Made by a program: the position numbers and the translations under genes | NCBI GenBank assembly: GCA_951406725.2 | Contig: OX597817.1 | Span: 17,050,001 to 17,114,000 of the forward strand | DNA: 64,000 bases | Source: Octopus vulgaris | Taxonomy: Eukaryota | Direction of reading: 5' to 3' | Notes under the pieces: model-generated | The model's database searches: none | Told to the model about the DNA's origin: nothing | What the model saw: only the letters and a program-made list of their open reading frames with translations | In this document: positions 1-14,787 of the stretch, in pieces | Layout: the number at the start of each line of letters is the position of its first letter | Numbering within the stretch: position 1 is the first letter of the stretch

Positions 1-949
1 AAGCCTTGTAAAAGAACTCAGAAAGTTGGACTTCCAGCCAGGCCTTTCACGATAGCCTTAAAGCCAGGAACTTTTCAGCCCCTCCTCGTACATGCGTATG
101 TGTGTGTTTGTGTATCATTGTCTTAATAGTTAGAAATTAACATCATTGTCATCATACAAGCAGTGTTATACATTTCCAATCTTCTATGAAAACATAGAAA
201 ACAACCACTGGGAAACAAGGGAAGGTTGGTAATAGGAAGAATCTGCCTTAATTCTGACTCAGGCAAACATGGAAAATTGGACATTGAAATGATGAAATGG
301 ATATGGTGGTTTCAAGTTCTTATAAACAATATAAGTATGTTTACAGGTCCTGAGTTATCAAGACCTGATCAGCTTGGAAAGTTGTAAATATCATCTTTGT
401 ACTGTGTTGTCAGAGGGATTAAATATTGGGACATATGTTGTTAGTGTTGAAGACAGTGTGTGTTTTGTTTGCTGAAAGATTGAGCTTCTGTATTTACAGA
501 TCCAGAGATTTGCATTTGAATTTGCCCTGTGTGTGTTTTGTCAATGACGATGGCAGATTCAATGGGTAGAGATTTGTTTGAAGATATGATTTAGAAATAA
601 AAAAATAACATGTTGAAGAATCAATCTCAAATACAGTTGAGAGATTATTTTGTAAACTTGCTTGATCCTACCAACATAAGAAGTAGCTAAGAAAATTTAA
701 CGGCCCTTTTCAATGTAGAGAGGGTACCCATTTATCAGTCATTTATTTTCATACATGCCATAGATATTGTGAAAGGTACTTGAAGTAAGACATGACAAAC
801 CAGATTTTAACCAATAACCTATTGGCCTATTGTATACATTTTGTCTTCACACTAAGTAATCTCTTAAAGCTAAGCCATTTCAAGTTTCTATAGTATTAAG
901 CCAGTGACAGCCCTTCTGGCTAAAACATTATCTCATTACAACTATACTA

Positions 950-1510
950 GGCGTAGGAGTGGCTGTGTCGTAAGTAGCTTGCTTACGAACCACATGGTTC
1001 TGGGTTCAGTTCCACTGCGTGGTACCTTGGGCAAGTGTCTTCTACTATAGCCTCGGGCCAACCAAAGCGTTGTGAGTGGATTTGGTAGACAGAAACTGAA
1101 AGAAGCCCATCATATATATATATATATATATATGCGCAGGAGTGGCTGTGTAGTAAGTAGCTTGCTTACCAACCACGGAAACTGTGTGTGTGTGTCTTCT
1201 ACTATAGCCTCGGGCTGACCAAAGCCTTGTGAGTGGATTTGGTAGACGGAAAATGAAAGAAGCCTGTTGTATATATGTATATATATGTGTGTGTATATGT
1301 TTGTGTGTCTGTGTTTGTCCCCTCTCCCAACATCGCTTGACAACCAATGCTGGTGTGTTTACGTCCCCGTAACTTAGCGGTTCGGCAAAAGAGACCGATA
1401 GAATGAGTACTAGGCTTACAAAGAATAATTCCTGGGGTCGATTTGCTCGACTAAAGGCGGTGCTCCAGCATGGCCACAGTCAAATGACTGAAACAAGTAA
1501 AAGAGAGTAT
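950..1510 (+). mobile_element. tRNA-derived SINE family A (two heads in tandem, second internally deleted)
   Basis: Head GGCGTAGGAGTGGCTGTGT..GGTTCAGT (A/B-box-like), CCTTGGGCAAGT motif, internal (TA)n, 3' end CCAGCATGGCCACAGTCAAATGACTGAAACAAGTAAAAGAG; >12 copies in window. Confidence 0.85.
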
Positions 1511-2213
1511 ATTAGCCAGTAGTGTATGTAGTTCTGGTATATTGAGTTGAAAACTGCAAGCCACCCAACCTAGTGTGTAAAACAATTAACCTTGTCTTTT
1601 GTAGTAAATTTTATACATATTTTATCAGTTCTGAAAAGTGTAGGTGTAAATCTACATAGGCAAGATTCCAACAACTGGATTTTATGTTTTGAACTTGTTA
1701 ACAAGTACTCTTTCATCTATGTCTACTTAATCACTATTCCTCATTTAACTCAGCCTAAGTTAGCTCACCTGAATATATTCTCGCTCCATTGTTGAATGGT
1801 TGGCATTAAGTAAATATATCATACTTCCAACATGTCTGATGCGTTTAAAATCATGTAATTCAATCTAGGATTGCCTGAGAGTGCTAATGTAAAAACAACA
1901 ACAACAATAATAATAATAATAATGATAATAATAATAATTTTTGATTGAATCAGAGAAGTGATTACTTATTAGTGCATTTCTACCACAACCTACTTCCTCG
2001 GCAACTTATTCCAGCCCACATCACTTTTTTCTTTTTTTTTATATTATTCAGCTCAGTAGTTATCAACCCTGTTAATTCTTTAACGTTGATTCTTCGTTGG
2101 CAGTTTGCCTTCATATTTCACATTTCACTCTCTTACATCACACATAGTCCTATATATTCGTTATACAACACAAAAAATATTCTTTTAGTTAACAATTCTT
2201 TTATATTCTTTTA

Positions 2214-2562
2214 GGCACAGGAGTGGCTGTGTGGTAAGTAGCTTGTTTACCAACCACATGGTTCTGGGTTCAGTCCCACTGCGTGGCACCTTGGGCAAGT
2301 GTCTTCTACTATAGCCTCGGGCCGACCAAAGCTTTGTGAGTGGATTTGGTAGACGGAAACTGAAAGAAGCCCGTTGTATATATGTATATATATATATATA
2401 GGCACAGGAGTGGCTGTGTGGTAAGTAGCTTGCTAACCAACCACATGGTTCCGGGTTCAGTCCCACTGTGTGGCACCTTGGGCAAGTGTCTTCTACCATA
2501 GCCTCGGGCCGACCAAAGCCTTGTGAGTGGATTTGGTAGACGGAAACTGAAAGAAGCCTGTC

Positions 2563-2613
<51 letters not shown>

Positions 2614-3029
2614 CTATCATCATTTAACGTCCGCTTTCCATGCTAGCATGGGTTGGACGGTTCAACTGGGTCTGGCAAGCTCGAAGGCTACACCAGGCCA
2701 GTAGTCTGGCAGTGTTTCTATATATATATATATAGGTGCCAGACGAGGTGGCAGACGGCCACGCTCGGATGGTGTTTTTATGTGCCACCGACACATATAT
2801 ATATATATATGTGCGTGTGTGTGTCTGTGTTTGTCCCCCTAGCATTGCTTGACAACCGATGCTGGTGTGTTTATGTCCCCGTTACTTAGTGGTTCGGCAA
2901 AAGATACCGATAGAATGAGTACTGGGCTTACAAAAAGAATAAGTCCCGGGGTCGAGTTGCTCGACTAAAGGCGGTGCTCCAGCATGGCCACAGTCAAATG
3001 ACTGAAACAAGTAAAAGAGTAAAAGAGTA
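2214..3029 (+). mobile_element. SINE family A (duplicated head) with an RTE-tail copy (2617-2795, minus) in its (TA)n
   Basis: Two heads at 2214 and 2401; body resumes after the insertion at ~2810. Confidence 0.85.
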
Positions 3030-3399
3030 ATGAAAACATCTTAAATAGCTCATCTTTTGTACCAAATTTCTCTTACTAATGCAACATTTTTACACCTTCA
3101 TCTTCCTCGTCACCATCATTTTACATCTACCTTTCATGTTGGTATTAATCTACCTAAAAATATTCTATATTATCATCATTATTGTTTCAATGTCCACTTT
3201 TCCATGTGTGCATGAGTCTGATGGAATTCATTCAGATAGATTTTTTTTTTATGGCAAGATGCCCTTTGTGTTACCAACTCCCACCTATTTCCAATCAAGG
3301 TAATATTTTTCCATGGCTAGACATGTTGTTATGGAAGCAATATCTCATGTATGATGATAATGCATGTTTACTGCCATCATGAGATATTAAGACGGGGAT

Positions 3400-3458
3400 G
3401 GACACACTCGCACACATACTCACTCTAGCACACTCGCACACACACACACACTCACTCT

Positions 3459-3492
<34 letters not shown>

Positions 3493-3720
3493 AGCACACT
3501 CACACACACTCACTCTAGCACACTCACACACACTCACTCCAGTACACTCGCACACACACTCACTCCAGCACACTCGCGCACACACACTCACTCTAGCACA
3601 ATCACATACACAAGCTCTTGACACTCACACATGCACACTTGCACACTCATGCACTCTCATGCACACTCGCGCATCGCGCATGCGCATGCTCACATTCTCA
3701 CACGTGTGTGCTTGCACACA
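3400..3720. repeat. CA-rich low-complexity repeat
   Basis: (CA)n with CACTCTAG/CACTCG variants. Confidence 0.9.
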
Positions 3721-3924
3721 CAACTGGCTCCTTTCCATTTCCATCTACCAAATAGATTCCCAAGGCTTTGGTCAGCCTGGGGCTATAATATTAGACACTT
3801 GTCAAAAGTGAAATGCGTTGAGACTGAACCTGAAACCACAAGGTTGAGAAGCAAACTCTTTAACCACACATCTACATCTCTTGTATTTTTTTTTTTTTTG
3901 CCTACTTTTCACATGCTTTCTGTA

Positions 3925-4068
3925 GCTCGCGTGGCACGTAGGAAGGGCATCCAGCTGTAGAAACACTGCCAGATCAGACTGGGCCTGATGCAGCCTTCTG
4001 GCTTCACAGACCCCAGTTGAACCGTCCAACCCATGCTAGCATGGAAAGCAGACGCTAAATGATGATGA
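3925..4068 (+). mobile_element. RTE-LINE 3' tail (family B), short copy
   Basis: GGAAGGGCATCCAGCTGTAGAAAC...CCATGCTAGCATGG...(GAT)n. Confidence 0.8.
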
Positions 4069-4889
4069 AATATACTAAAAAGAATAACATATCCAATTTA
4101 TATAAAATACCACCTGTAGTCAAATCCTTTGAAATTATCTATGACCATTCGTTAACTCTTTAATTATAATAATTTTCATCTTCGATTTCAAGTTTCTTTT
4201 ATTGCCCTGAGGTGAAAATTAAATTTCCTTCATACAAAAACTTACAAAACCATTTAAATTTTTTTTAAAAATTACCCACCCCCAATATTATCTTTATCTG
4301 TTAAACCAGGTTTATAGGTCTGTGTTAAAGAAAAAAAAAACTTCTCTTCACTGACAAATGTTTTATTGTTCATATTCCAGTTTGTTCCGTTTACTGAATG
4401 CATGTGTTTATACATCAAGGTTTTTTTTCCTCCCCGATGTAATTTATTTTGCATAATTGCATGTAGAATTAATCATGCCAGCGGTCACTCAAGAAGTTGT
4501 TGAGTGACCTTTGATATGAAATGAGTTTCTTTGGTGTTTTTCATACAAGACTGTTATTGTAAAGGATCCTACATTCAGATTTAGATATCTTGTAGAAGTG
4601 TCACTAAGTGCTTAAGATGTTCGTTGTTGGTCTATGAAAACAATCTTCAATGCAGAGATAAAGAATAAGTATTTTTGGCATTAGACGTAGAAATGTTAAG
4701 CTAAACTTGTTTTTATGTAGGTTCGGTTCAACAGTTATACCTTGTTAAATGCCACATCAGCTATTTTGGTTAATAAGTCTCTGCAAAGATCCAAAATGAT
4801 CTTTGTTCAGGCACAATTTTATTGGTACTCTTGATACAGTTTTCTCTTATTTTATATATTCTTTCTCTTTTTAACAATCAAGCAATCAA

Positions 4890-5764
4890 TCACACACACG
4901 CACGCTCTCACACACACGCATGCTCTCACACACGCGCACTCTCACACACACACACATGCTCTCATGCTCTCAGACGCACGCTCTCACATACATGCACGCG
5001 TGCGCTCTCACACACACTCTCTCTCACAGGCACCCATGATCTCTTATGCGTGCATGCATGCTCTCTCATGCACTCTCACACACTCGCACTCACACACGCA
5101 TGCACTCACGCACTCTCACATTCACACACACATGCACTCATGCATGCACGCACTCACACACACTCTCACACCCACTCATTCACACGCTCACTCATACACA
5201 CGCTCACACTCATACACATGCTCACACACTCATACACACTCATACACACTCACACACACTCACTCATACACAGTCACATACTCACACACTCACATACTCA
5301 TACACACTCATACACACTCACACACACTCATACACACTCACACACACTCATACACACTCACACACACTCATACACACTCATACACAGTCACACATTCATA
5401 CACACTCACACACACTCATACACAGTCACATACTCACACACTCACACACTCATACAGACTCACACACTCAAACACACTCACTCATACACAGTCACATACT
5501 CGCACACTGACGCACTCGCACATTCACGCACTCATACACTCGCGCACACTCATACACACTCACACACTCATACACACTCACACACACTCACACACTCATA
5601 CACACTCACACATTCACATACTCGCACAGTCACGCACTCGCACACTCACATACTTGCACTCTCACATACTCGCACTCTCACATACTCGCACTCTCACACA
5701 CTCATACCCACTCATACACACTACCACATGCTCACACACTATCAAACTCACACACTCACACACT

Positions 5765-5816
<52 letters not shown>
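4890..5816. repeat. Compound (CA)n/CACACTCATA micro/minisatellite
   Basis: ~930 bp of ACACTC/ACACTCAT units; source of the spurious His/Thr ORFs. Confidence 0.95.
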
Positions 5817-5821
<5 letters not shown>

Positions 5822-6073
5822 AACTTTTTTGAATTTACTCACACAGCTGTCTCAGCAGCAAAGTCCTGATAGCCATATTCTAAAATTTATGACTCCCTTG
5901 CTCCTAGTAAATAAAACAAGTTTTTATAGACAGAGATAGACAAGTATAAATTAATCTACTGAATTGATTTTCTGTCACCATTTTTAGGTGGGAAGTAAGT
6001 TAACATGTTACATGGCTACATGGTTGCTCAACATGTTAAGAACAGCAGCCAAATTACCCTAAATTTATACACT

Positions 6074-7049
<976 letters not shown>

Positions 7050-7099
7050 ACATCTTGAATATGTTAGATTATATATTGGATGAAGTAGCTATACACCTC

Positions 7100-7522
7100 C
7101 TGAGTTTGGCGTTGTCATCACAAGGGAGCTTGCATGTTCTATAGATCTGAGAGAGTATTACTGTCAAGAGGTTTGCTTCTAGTAGAGACACCCTAGGTGG
7201 GCTGGTCTCCCAGAGAGGTTCCAGACTAGTGGTGACCTGCGATATGTTGGTTTATCATCTTGATGGCAACCCCATCGTCCAACTATTCTGCAGAGGATCA
7301 GCAACCTCCTCAGAAGAACCTTAACTTGCTATGACACTGACCAGAAGAAACTGGACTGCTCAACATCAGAACAGATTGCTGCATGCCCCTGGACCGGTGA
7401 GGATGAAGAGGAGCTGGCATGGGACAGCCAGTGATGGGGAGTACTGGTGGAGATGGCCAGCTCTACACAATGGTGCCTCTGGGGCCACTAACTTGGGATG
7501 GCCCCATCAAACAAAAGCTTAA
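7100..7522 (+). mobile_element. Degenerate, internally deleted RTE-like element
   Basis: GC-richer block; 3' part reads SWHGTASDGEYWWRWPALHNG, loosely like an RTE C-terminus. Confidence 0.35.
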
Positions 7523-7620
7523 GTACATATCTCTAACAAGAGTAGATGATTTCATACATTTGATCATGATGTCTGTTCAATTAGCATTGATCTAGAATTA
7601 AACAAGTATACATTAGATAA

Positions 7621-7961
7621 GACTTTTACGGATTCCATGGACAGCGAGGCTCACCAATGGAGAAGTTCTTAAGCAGATCAGGCCGAAAATGTTGCTAGAA
7701 GCTAGAATCACCAAGCATAGATTGACATATTTCGGTCATGTTCTGTGGAGAAAATCCCTGGAGAAGGGCATCATGCTCGGAATGGTCAGTGGCAAGAGAG
7801 GAAGAGGCCGACCAAGAACCCGCTGGCTTGACACCATCAAGAGGGATACCAGAAAGGACATAGCCAATCTGAAAGAAGCGGCCCAGGATAGAACTGACTG
7901 GAGGACACTGATCCAACGAGTAACTGAGAGTCGACTTCGACTGAGCAGATAGAGAGAGAGG
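7621..7961 (+). mobile_element. 5'-truncated RTE (BovB-like) LINE, C-terminal ORF end
   Basis: RIPWTARLTN..LTYFGHVLWR..GKRGRGRPRTRWLD..DRTDWR; (GA)n tail; TSD ACATTAGATAA at 7610-7620 and 7962-7972. Confidence 0.9.
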
Positions 7962-8659
7962 ACATTAGATAAAATACTCTTAGTTATACTGTCTAAAAAA
8001 AAAAAAAAAAAAACTGGGATGGTCATGGCTGGAATGTCTTTTATTATATGTCTGCCTTTTGATTGTAAGTTTTCAATATGAGCTGAACTAAAGCTAACAA
8101 CAACAAATTCTTGACATTTTTCTCTTCAAGTGTTGTTTCTAATTATATATGGTTATGAAAATACAGTTCATTAAGATATGTCTCATTAATACTGTGAACA
8201 TTTTAAATGGAGAATTAGTGGACTGTGACTAGAATAAATCCTAATTCCCTTCATTCTCACCAGTAAAGCTACTTCTTGGAATGTTAATCCTTTTAGGACA
8301 GTTACTTAGAGATTTTGACATCTATCATTATTTGGTTAAAACATACAAAAATGCATAAAACAACTAATTATAAGTCTTTAAGACCTTTGTTATTTTCATT
8401 GTTATACTCAGTGTGTGTGCTTATTTGCTCAGGGCCACTGAGCAGACATTTGGCTGGAGCAAAGTCCCAACCAAGCCAAATGAAACATGGTGGTGGAATA
8501 ATTCAGTTGATAGAACAGTAAAGAAGCAGGCATGATAAACCTGGATGGTATTGGATAGATGGTAACATTATCAAGTGGCTAGAAGAGTAAGTAGGTGACA
8601 GTTATACTTGGCTGAGGGTGAGGCAGAGAGGAAGAGATTTGCACGTCTTGCAGCATGAG

Positions 8660-8684
8660 GACCAGAAGTGTGAAGTGTTCAGGA

Positions 8685-8721
<37 letters not shown>

Positions 8722-10150
8722 TGTGAGAGAGAGAGAGATCTGAGATTTCATTGGTAAGAGTATTCAGAATGAAAAATATATTTGCCACTGATATGGAAGC
8801 TAAGAAAATGACAAGGAAGCACTTTGAGAGGATATTGAATGTAGGGAATGCATGCGGTGAAGAGGGGCTACCTTTTGTACTGACCCTACTGAGAGTCCAG
8901 CTACTATGCTGGACTATAGCACTATGCTACTAATCTGGGATGGTTGCAGAGATGCTCAAAATATCTGGTGAGTTAGGATACAGGAGTACCAACTGGATAG
9001 TAAATCGAGTTATACAAGGAGCCATACCTAATGACTGGTGGAGCAGTGTTATTGTAAATCGCTACAGAGGCAAAGGTGACATCTTAGAGAGAAGCACTTA
9101 TAGAGGAATTAAATCATTGGATCAGGTTATGAAAGTTACAAAGAATTATTGCACATTTGATTTGTGAGAGGATAGATCTAGATGAGATACAATTTGGTTT
9201 TGTGCCTGGAAGAAGTATTAGATACCTATTTCTTTATTACACACAAGGGGCTATACATAGAGGGGACAAACAAGGACAGACAAAGGTATTAAGTCGATTA
9301 CATCACCCCAGTACGTAACCGGTACTTAATTTATCGACCCCGAAAGGATGAAAGGCAAAGTCGACCGTGGCGGAATTTGAACTCAGAACGTAACGGCAGA
9401 TGAAATACCTATTTCTTTATTACCCACAAGGGGCTAAACATAGAGGGGACAAACAAGGACAGACAAAAGTATTAAGTCGATTACATCACCCCAGTACGTA
9501 ACCGGTACTTAATTTATCGACCCCGAAAGGATGAAAGACAAAGTCGACCGTGGTGGAATTTGAACTCTGAACGTAACGGCAGACAAAATACCGCTAAGCA
9601 TTTCGCCCGACGTGCTAACATTTCTGCCAGCTCGCCACCTTTTTGTAGTATTAGATACCATTTTCCTAGTATGGCAATGATGTGCAATGTAAGTGTGCAT
9701 GAACAACATAGTATGTACTGAAAGTAAGACTGGGCATGAGAGGAATCAAACATATTGTGCAAGAATGAAGACTGTGATGGCATGGATACATGATGTGTAT
9801 GGATAAGGATAGCTGTATAAAGGAGTGCTGGTTATGTCTTGACTGGCTTCTGTGCTGGTGGCACGTAAAAAGCACCAATCCGATCGTAGCCATTGCCAGC
9901 CTCGCCTGGCACCTGTGCCAGTGGCACGTAAAAAGCACCCACTACACTCACGGAGTGGTTGGCGTTAGGAAGGGCATCCAGCTGTAGAAACACTGCCAGA
10001 TCAGACTGGAGCCTGGTGCAGCCTCCATGGCTTCCCAGATCCCGGTCGAACCGTCCAACCCATGCTAGCATGGAGAACGGACGTTAAACAATGATGATGA
10101 GGAGGAGGAGGAAAATCCAGGAAGATATGAGAGGAAGTGGTGAATGCTGG
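8660..10150 (+). pseudogene. Decayed RTE LINE RT fragments, interrupted by a SINE (9227-9646) and an RTE tail (9840-10100)
   Basis: EMLKISG..IPNDWWSSVIV..YRGKGD..YRGIKSL; QFGFVPGRS; MDKDSCIKEC. Confidence 0.8.
9227..9646 (-). mobile_element. tRNA-derived SINE family C (Deu/Nin-like domain) with ~184-bp internal tandem duplication
   Basis: Minus-strand head GGCGAGCTGGCAGAA..GAGTTCAAATTCC, TTTCATCCTTTCGGGGTCGATAAA domain; TSD AGTATTAGATACC at 9214-9226 and 9647-9659. Confidence 0.85.
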
Positions 10151-11496
10151 CCTCTGTCATTTCCTCCATGAAGCTCAGGGTCCAAAGGACTTGGATATCT
10201 GGTAATGCAAGGTCTTCATGAAAACCCACCCATCATGTTGAAACTGACTTTTGGAGGTGTGTGTGTGTGTACACATATATACATATATGCACACACACAC
10301 ACACGTGTGTGTGAGCATATCAGTACCCTCTTCATGTTGCTTCTGCCCTCACCTCTCAAACACACACATACACACCTCGCTTCCCCACTACAGCTCTTTC
10401 GCCCTTCCCTACCACTTTTCTCTCTTACTATTCAGAACCAGCTCACTTGTTCACCATTATTCATCCATTAATATTTTCCTCCATTCACCTGTTAGAGTGG
10501 CTGTCCCATCCCCACCATCCCTGAACCACAAAATTATCTCTCATGCACAATGCCTGTTTATCTCTTTTTTTCTGCTCTTGTAGCCTATCCAAACATGTTA
10601 TCTCTCTTCTCCTCCTGTCAATAGTATCATTACTACCCTGTTGCTAACAGTCCTCTTACCTCCCCAACTTGTGTACCCCTTCCCTTTAACCTTTCCAATC
10701 TTTACAGATATTGCCTACCTCTCTCTCATTTCCCCTATTATCCCCCTTCACATTCTTGCAAACCCACCACACACTATTAATCTTCTCACCTGAGATACCA
10801 TCAATTCATTCTCACTTTCCCTCCTAACCGTGAGTAGCCATATAGTGCCCCTACAAGAACCTGCTTTCCCTCAATCTCTTCCTTAACCCCTTAAAGGCGC
10901 AGCATCCTTCCTGTTTGAGTTTGTCAACCTGCAAGCTACATTGTGATCTCAAGAGTGCTGATGGCACAAAAAAAAAGCACTGTAAAGTAGTTTGTGTCAG
11001 GTAGGGGATCCAACTGCAGAAACCATACCAAAGCAGACACTTCAGTATGATGCAGTCCTTAGACGCATAGGACCTTTCTCAAACCATCCAACTGATGCCA
11101 ACATGGAACATAGACATTAACTGATGATCATGATGATATATAACTTCCACTTTCCCAAATATATCATGAGCCAGATGGATTTGAATTTGTCGAAGCAGCT
11201 GTTCTATGACCAGATGCCTCTCTTGTCACAAACCCTCACTCCTTCCCAAAAAAGGTAATATCCCCACACATGTTGTCGTGAAAGATTGCAAGTTAGACGC
11301 AATGCTAATTCGCAACCATAATGCCAATGTCAAGAAAATTAGAAAAGCATGTACATACACATACAAATTTATGTGAAAGTTGGGCTTCTTTCAGTTTCCA
11401 TCTACCATATCCACTTACCCAAAGTGCCATTCAGTGGGACTGAACTCAAAACCATGTGTTTGAGAAGCAAACCTCTTAACCATTGTTATACATTAA

Positions 11497-11785
11497 TCAT
11501 CCGACCGTGGCCGTTGCCAACTTTGTCTGGTCCCCGTGCCGGTGGCACGTAAAAAGCACCATCTGATTGTGGCCATCTGCCAGCCTCGCCTGGCACCTGT
11601 GCAGGTGGCACGTAAAAAGCACCCACTACACTCACGGAGTGGTTGGCGTTAGGAAGGGCATCCAACTGTAGAAACACTGCCAGATCAGACTGGGCCTGGT
11701 GCAGCCTTCTGGCTTCCCAGACCCCAGTTGAACCGTCCAACCCATGCCAGCATGGAAAGCGGACGTTAAACGATGATGATGATGA
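11497..11785 (+). mobile_element. RTE-LINE 3' tail (family B)
   Basis: Two GGTGGCACGTAAAAAGCACC units, conserved 3' block, (GAT)n. Confidence 0.85.
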
Positions 11786-12132
11786 TACTATTTTAATGCT
11801 TGTTTATGAATAACAATAGAAAAATTTTCTGAGGATGTTCATTCAATACTGAGAGAAAACTTCAAGTGTTTTTCGGACTGGATGATCAGGAAAAAATTTC
11901 CTAAGAAAAAGGTCCATGAGCAGATCACAAGTTCTAACTTTTGTGTATATGTATAATTTGATATACATTAACAAAGATAAGTTTAACACATTAAATTAAC
12001 GTGTGACATCTTCATTAACACCACCACTGAATTTAGGATGTTTATATTACTTATGAAATATTCTATATTTTTCAGCAACAGTGTAGTTGGGTCTCAAGGG
12101 GGTGGTACAACCCTAGCAATATGTGTTTCATA

Positions 12133-12538
12133 GGCGCAGGAGTGGCTGTGTGGTAAGTAGCTTGGTTACCAACCACATGGTTCCGGGTTCAGTCCCACTG
12201 CATGGCACCTTGGGCAAGTGTCTTCTGCTATAGCCTCGGGCCGACCAAAGCCTTGTGAGTGGATTTGGTAGACAGAAACTGAAAGAAGCTCGTCATATAT
12301 ATGTATATATATATATATATATGTGTGTGTTTGTGTGTGTGTTTGTCCCCCTAGCATTGCTTGACAACCGATGCTGGTGTGTTTATGTCCCCGTAACTTA
12401 GAGGTTCGGCAAAAGAGACCAATAGAATAAGTACTGGGCTTACAAAGAATAAGTCCCGGGGTCGATTTGCTTGACTAAAGGTGGTGCTCCAGCATGGCCG
12501 CAGTCAAATGACTGAAACAAGTAAAAGAGTAAAGAGTA
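12133..12538 (+). mobile_element. SINE family A, full length
   Basis: Complete head, (TA)n and tail. Confidence 0.9.
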
Positions 12539-12914
12539 TAGTGCAAACAAAATTTCCATTCAAATGGCAATTATTGGATGATTTCTTCTTGACTCTGACC
12601 ATTTTAAGTCGTAGTGGAACTGCGACCTAAGTTGCAAAATAGGCATACGAATATTGTATAAATTTTATGATTGAAAAATTTACTATATTTTGCACATATG
12701 AGTATACCAGCCTGCAGGCACAATAAAATGGGTTCACAAACGCAATTGCGCCTGTGGGCAGAAGTTTCCCCACCCCTGATTTATACAATGGTGGCATTCA
12801 TTTACAACCAGTATGCAATTCCAAGACAAGGAAACCTGTAAACACACACACACACACATGCACAAATACACATGCTCATACATGTGCACACTCATTAAAA
12901 CACACTTACATATA

Positions 12915-13293
12915 CTCTTTTACTCTTTTACTTATTTCAGACTGCGGCCATGCTGGAGCACCGCCTTTAGTCGAGCAAATCGACCTCGGGACTTATTCTT
13001 TGTAAGCCTAGTACTTATTCTATTGGTCTCTTTTGCCGAACTGCTAGGTGACGTGGACATAAACATACCAGCATCGGTTGTCAAGCAATGCTAGGGAGAC
13101 AAACACAGACACACAATCACATACACACACATACATATATATATATATACATATATACGGCAGGCTTCCTTCAGTTTCTGTCTACCAAATCCACTCACAA
13201 GGCATTGGTCGGCCCGAGGCTATAGCAGAAGACACTTGCCCAAGATGCCACGCAGTGGGACTGAACCCGGAACCATGTGAGCCACTCCTGCGC
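12915..13293 (-). mobile_element. SINE family A
   Basis: Reverse complement of family A; inverted relative to the 12133 copy. Confidence 0.9.
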
Positions 13294-14446
13294 CCATATG
13301 ATGGGTTTCTTTCAATTTCCATCTATCAAATCCACTTACAAAGATTTTGTCGGCATGGAGCTAAAGTAGAATGACACTGGCCAAGACCTCACACTGTAAC
13401 CGAACCCGAAACCATGTATCCCGGAAATGAACTTCTTTACCACAGTCATGTCTGCACCTATCACCTTAAAATACCAGTTAATGAAAAACTTTTTATCTAT
13501 TAGATACTTTCAAATTCTTAATTATTTTCAAAGTTAATTGAAAGTCATAAGTAATTAGAAATATGGTATCTAAAGAGTTAATGATTAATGTCCTATCTAA
13601 ACAATGTTCTTAATCAATACAAATACTGAAGATATTGAACAATCAATCATATTGTTTAGTTGGAGTCTCTTGTATTATAAATCTCAAATTTATTTAGTTA
13701 TTGAGCCTACATGATCTCCTACTCTGCTAAAAATAGCTGTTCCCCCTCAAATTATACTCTGTCGCTTTAAAAATAATACAGTAGATAATGGGAACTTAGA
13801 TGGACTCTCCAAAAACAAAAAGATAGGATGGTCTTGTCTGGAGTGCCTCTTTATCATAGGTCTATTTGATCAGGGCTGATCTAGAACTAGACAAAATTTG
13901 GGTTTTTTAATTTTTTTTTACTTTATTTTTATTTATTTCCTAATTACGCTAAGCAAACTCTTACTCTTCTCTGAGGCTTTTGAGAACAAGTGAGGTTTTA
14001 GATGACATCACATATGTTGTATAGTTTGGAGTAGAACACTCCATTCACACACCATGTTTACTCATCTGTTAAGAGAGTGACTCTCCTGATGTGAACTACC
14101 AGATGACTGCTACTTCAGAAAAATTACTTTTTGTTTTCATGGGAAACTTACAGTAATCAAGTTTCGAAGTAAAATCTACAAATTCAAACCCTATCAGATA
14201 CAGTGAAGTGACTGTGTCTAGAGACGACTGCAACTATCTCCAGATACATATCACTTCACTGGTGAGCCGTGAGTAGTAGATTTAATCCATTGCTCAGTTT
14301 AACACCAGCACCTAAATTTTCAATGCCTTTAGTATGCTCTGTTGTAAGTATTGAGATCAGGAATACTATATGAGGATAACTGACATCTTCCCACCATCAT
14401 GAGACCCCTGGCAAAAAGTTGTGAATGCAACCCTTCTTTTTATGAT

Positions 14447-14787
14447 TGTTGTGTTGTTGTTGTTGTTGTTGTTGTGACCCCCTTCGGTCATGAATGACCA
14501 TGGGCTTGCACCTAGAAAGTTACCCTCCAAGGCACAAGTCTGGGCAAGGTTCTTTATGGAAGACCAGCAGTCGCCCATGCATACCGGCCTCCCCTCTCTA
14601 TGCCACCAGTGTTATCCAAGGGAAAGGCAAAGGGACCGATACAGCTTGGCACCTGTGACGTCGCAACTCATTTCTACAGCTGAGTAAACTGGAGCTACGT
14701 GAAATAAAGTGTCTTGCTCAAGAACACAACATGCAGCACGGTCCGGGATTCGAACTCACAACCTCATGATTGTAAGCTCGACGCTCT
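14447..14787 (-). mobile_element. tRNA-derived SINE family D (V-domain-like) with (AAC)n tail
   Basis: Minus strand GAGTTCGAATCCC B-box, GTTGTGTTCTTGAGCAAGACACTT motif, (CAA)n tail. Confidence 0.75.

Noticed and set aside
5988-5994. 7-nt microexon GTGGGAA between TTTTTAG and GTAAGT
   Set aside because: Such motifs arise by chance in AT-rich DNA; no other support
12133-12210. tRNA genes at SINE heads
   Set aside because: A/B-box-like motifs only, no complete cloverleaf; always joined to a SINE body
12560-12778. hAT/Charlie-like end (reverse complement CAGGGGTGGGGAAAC)
   Set aside because: No matching second TIR or TSD found
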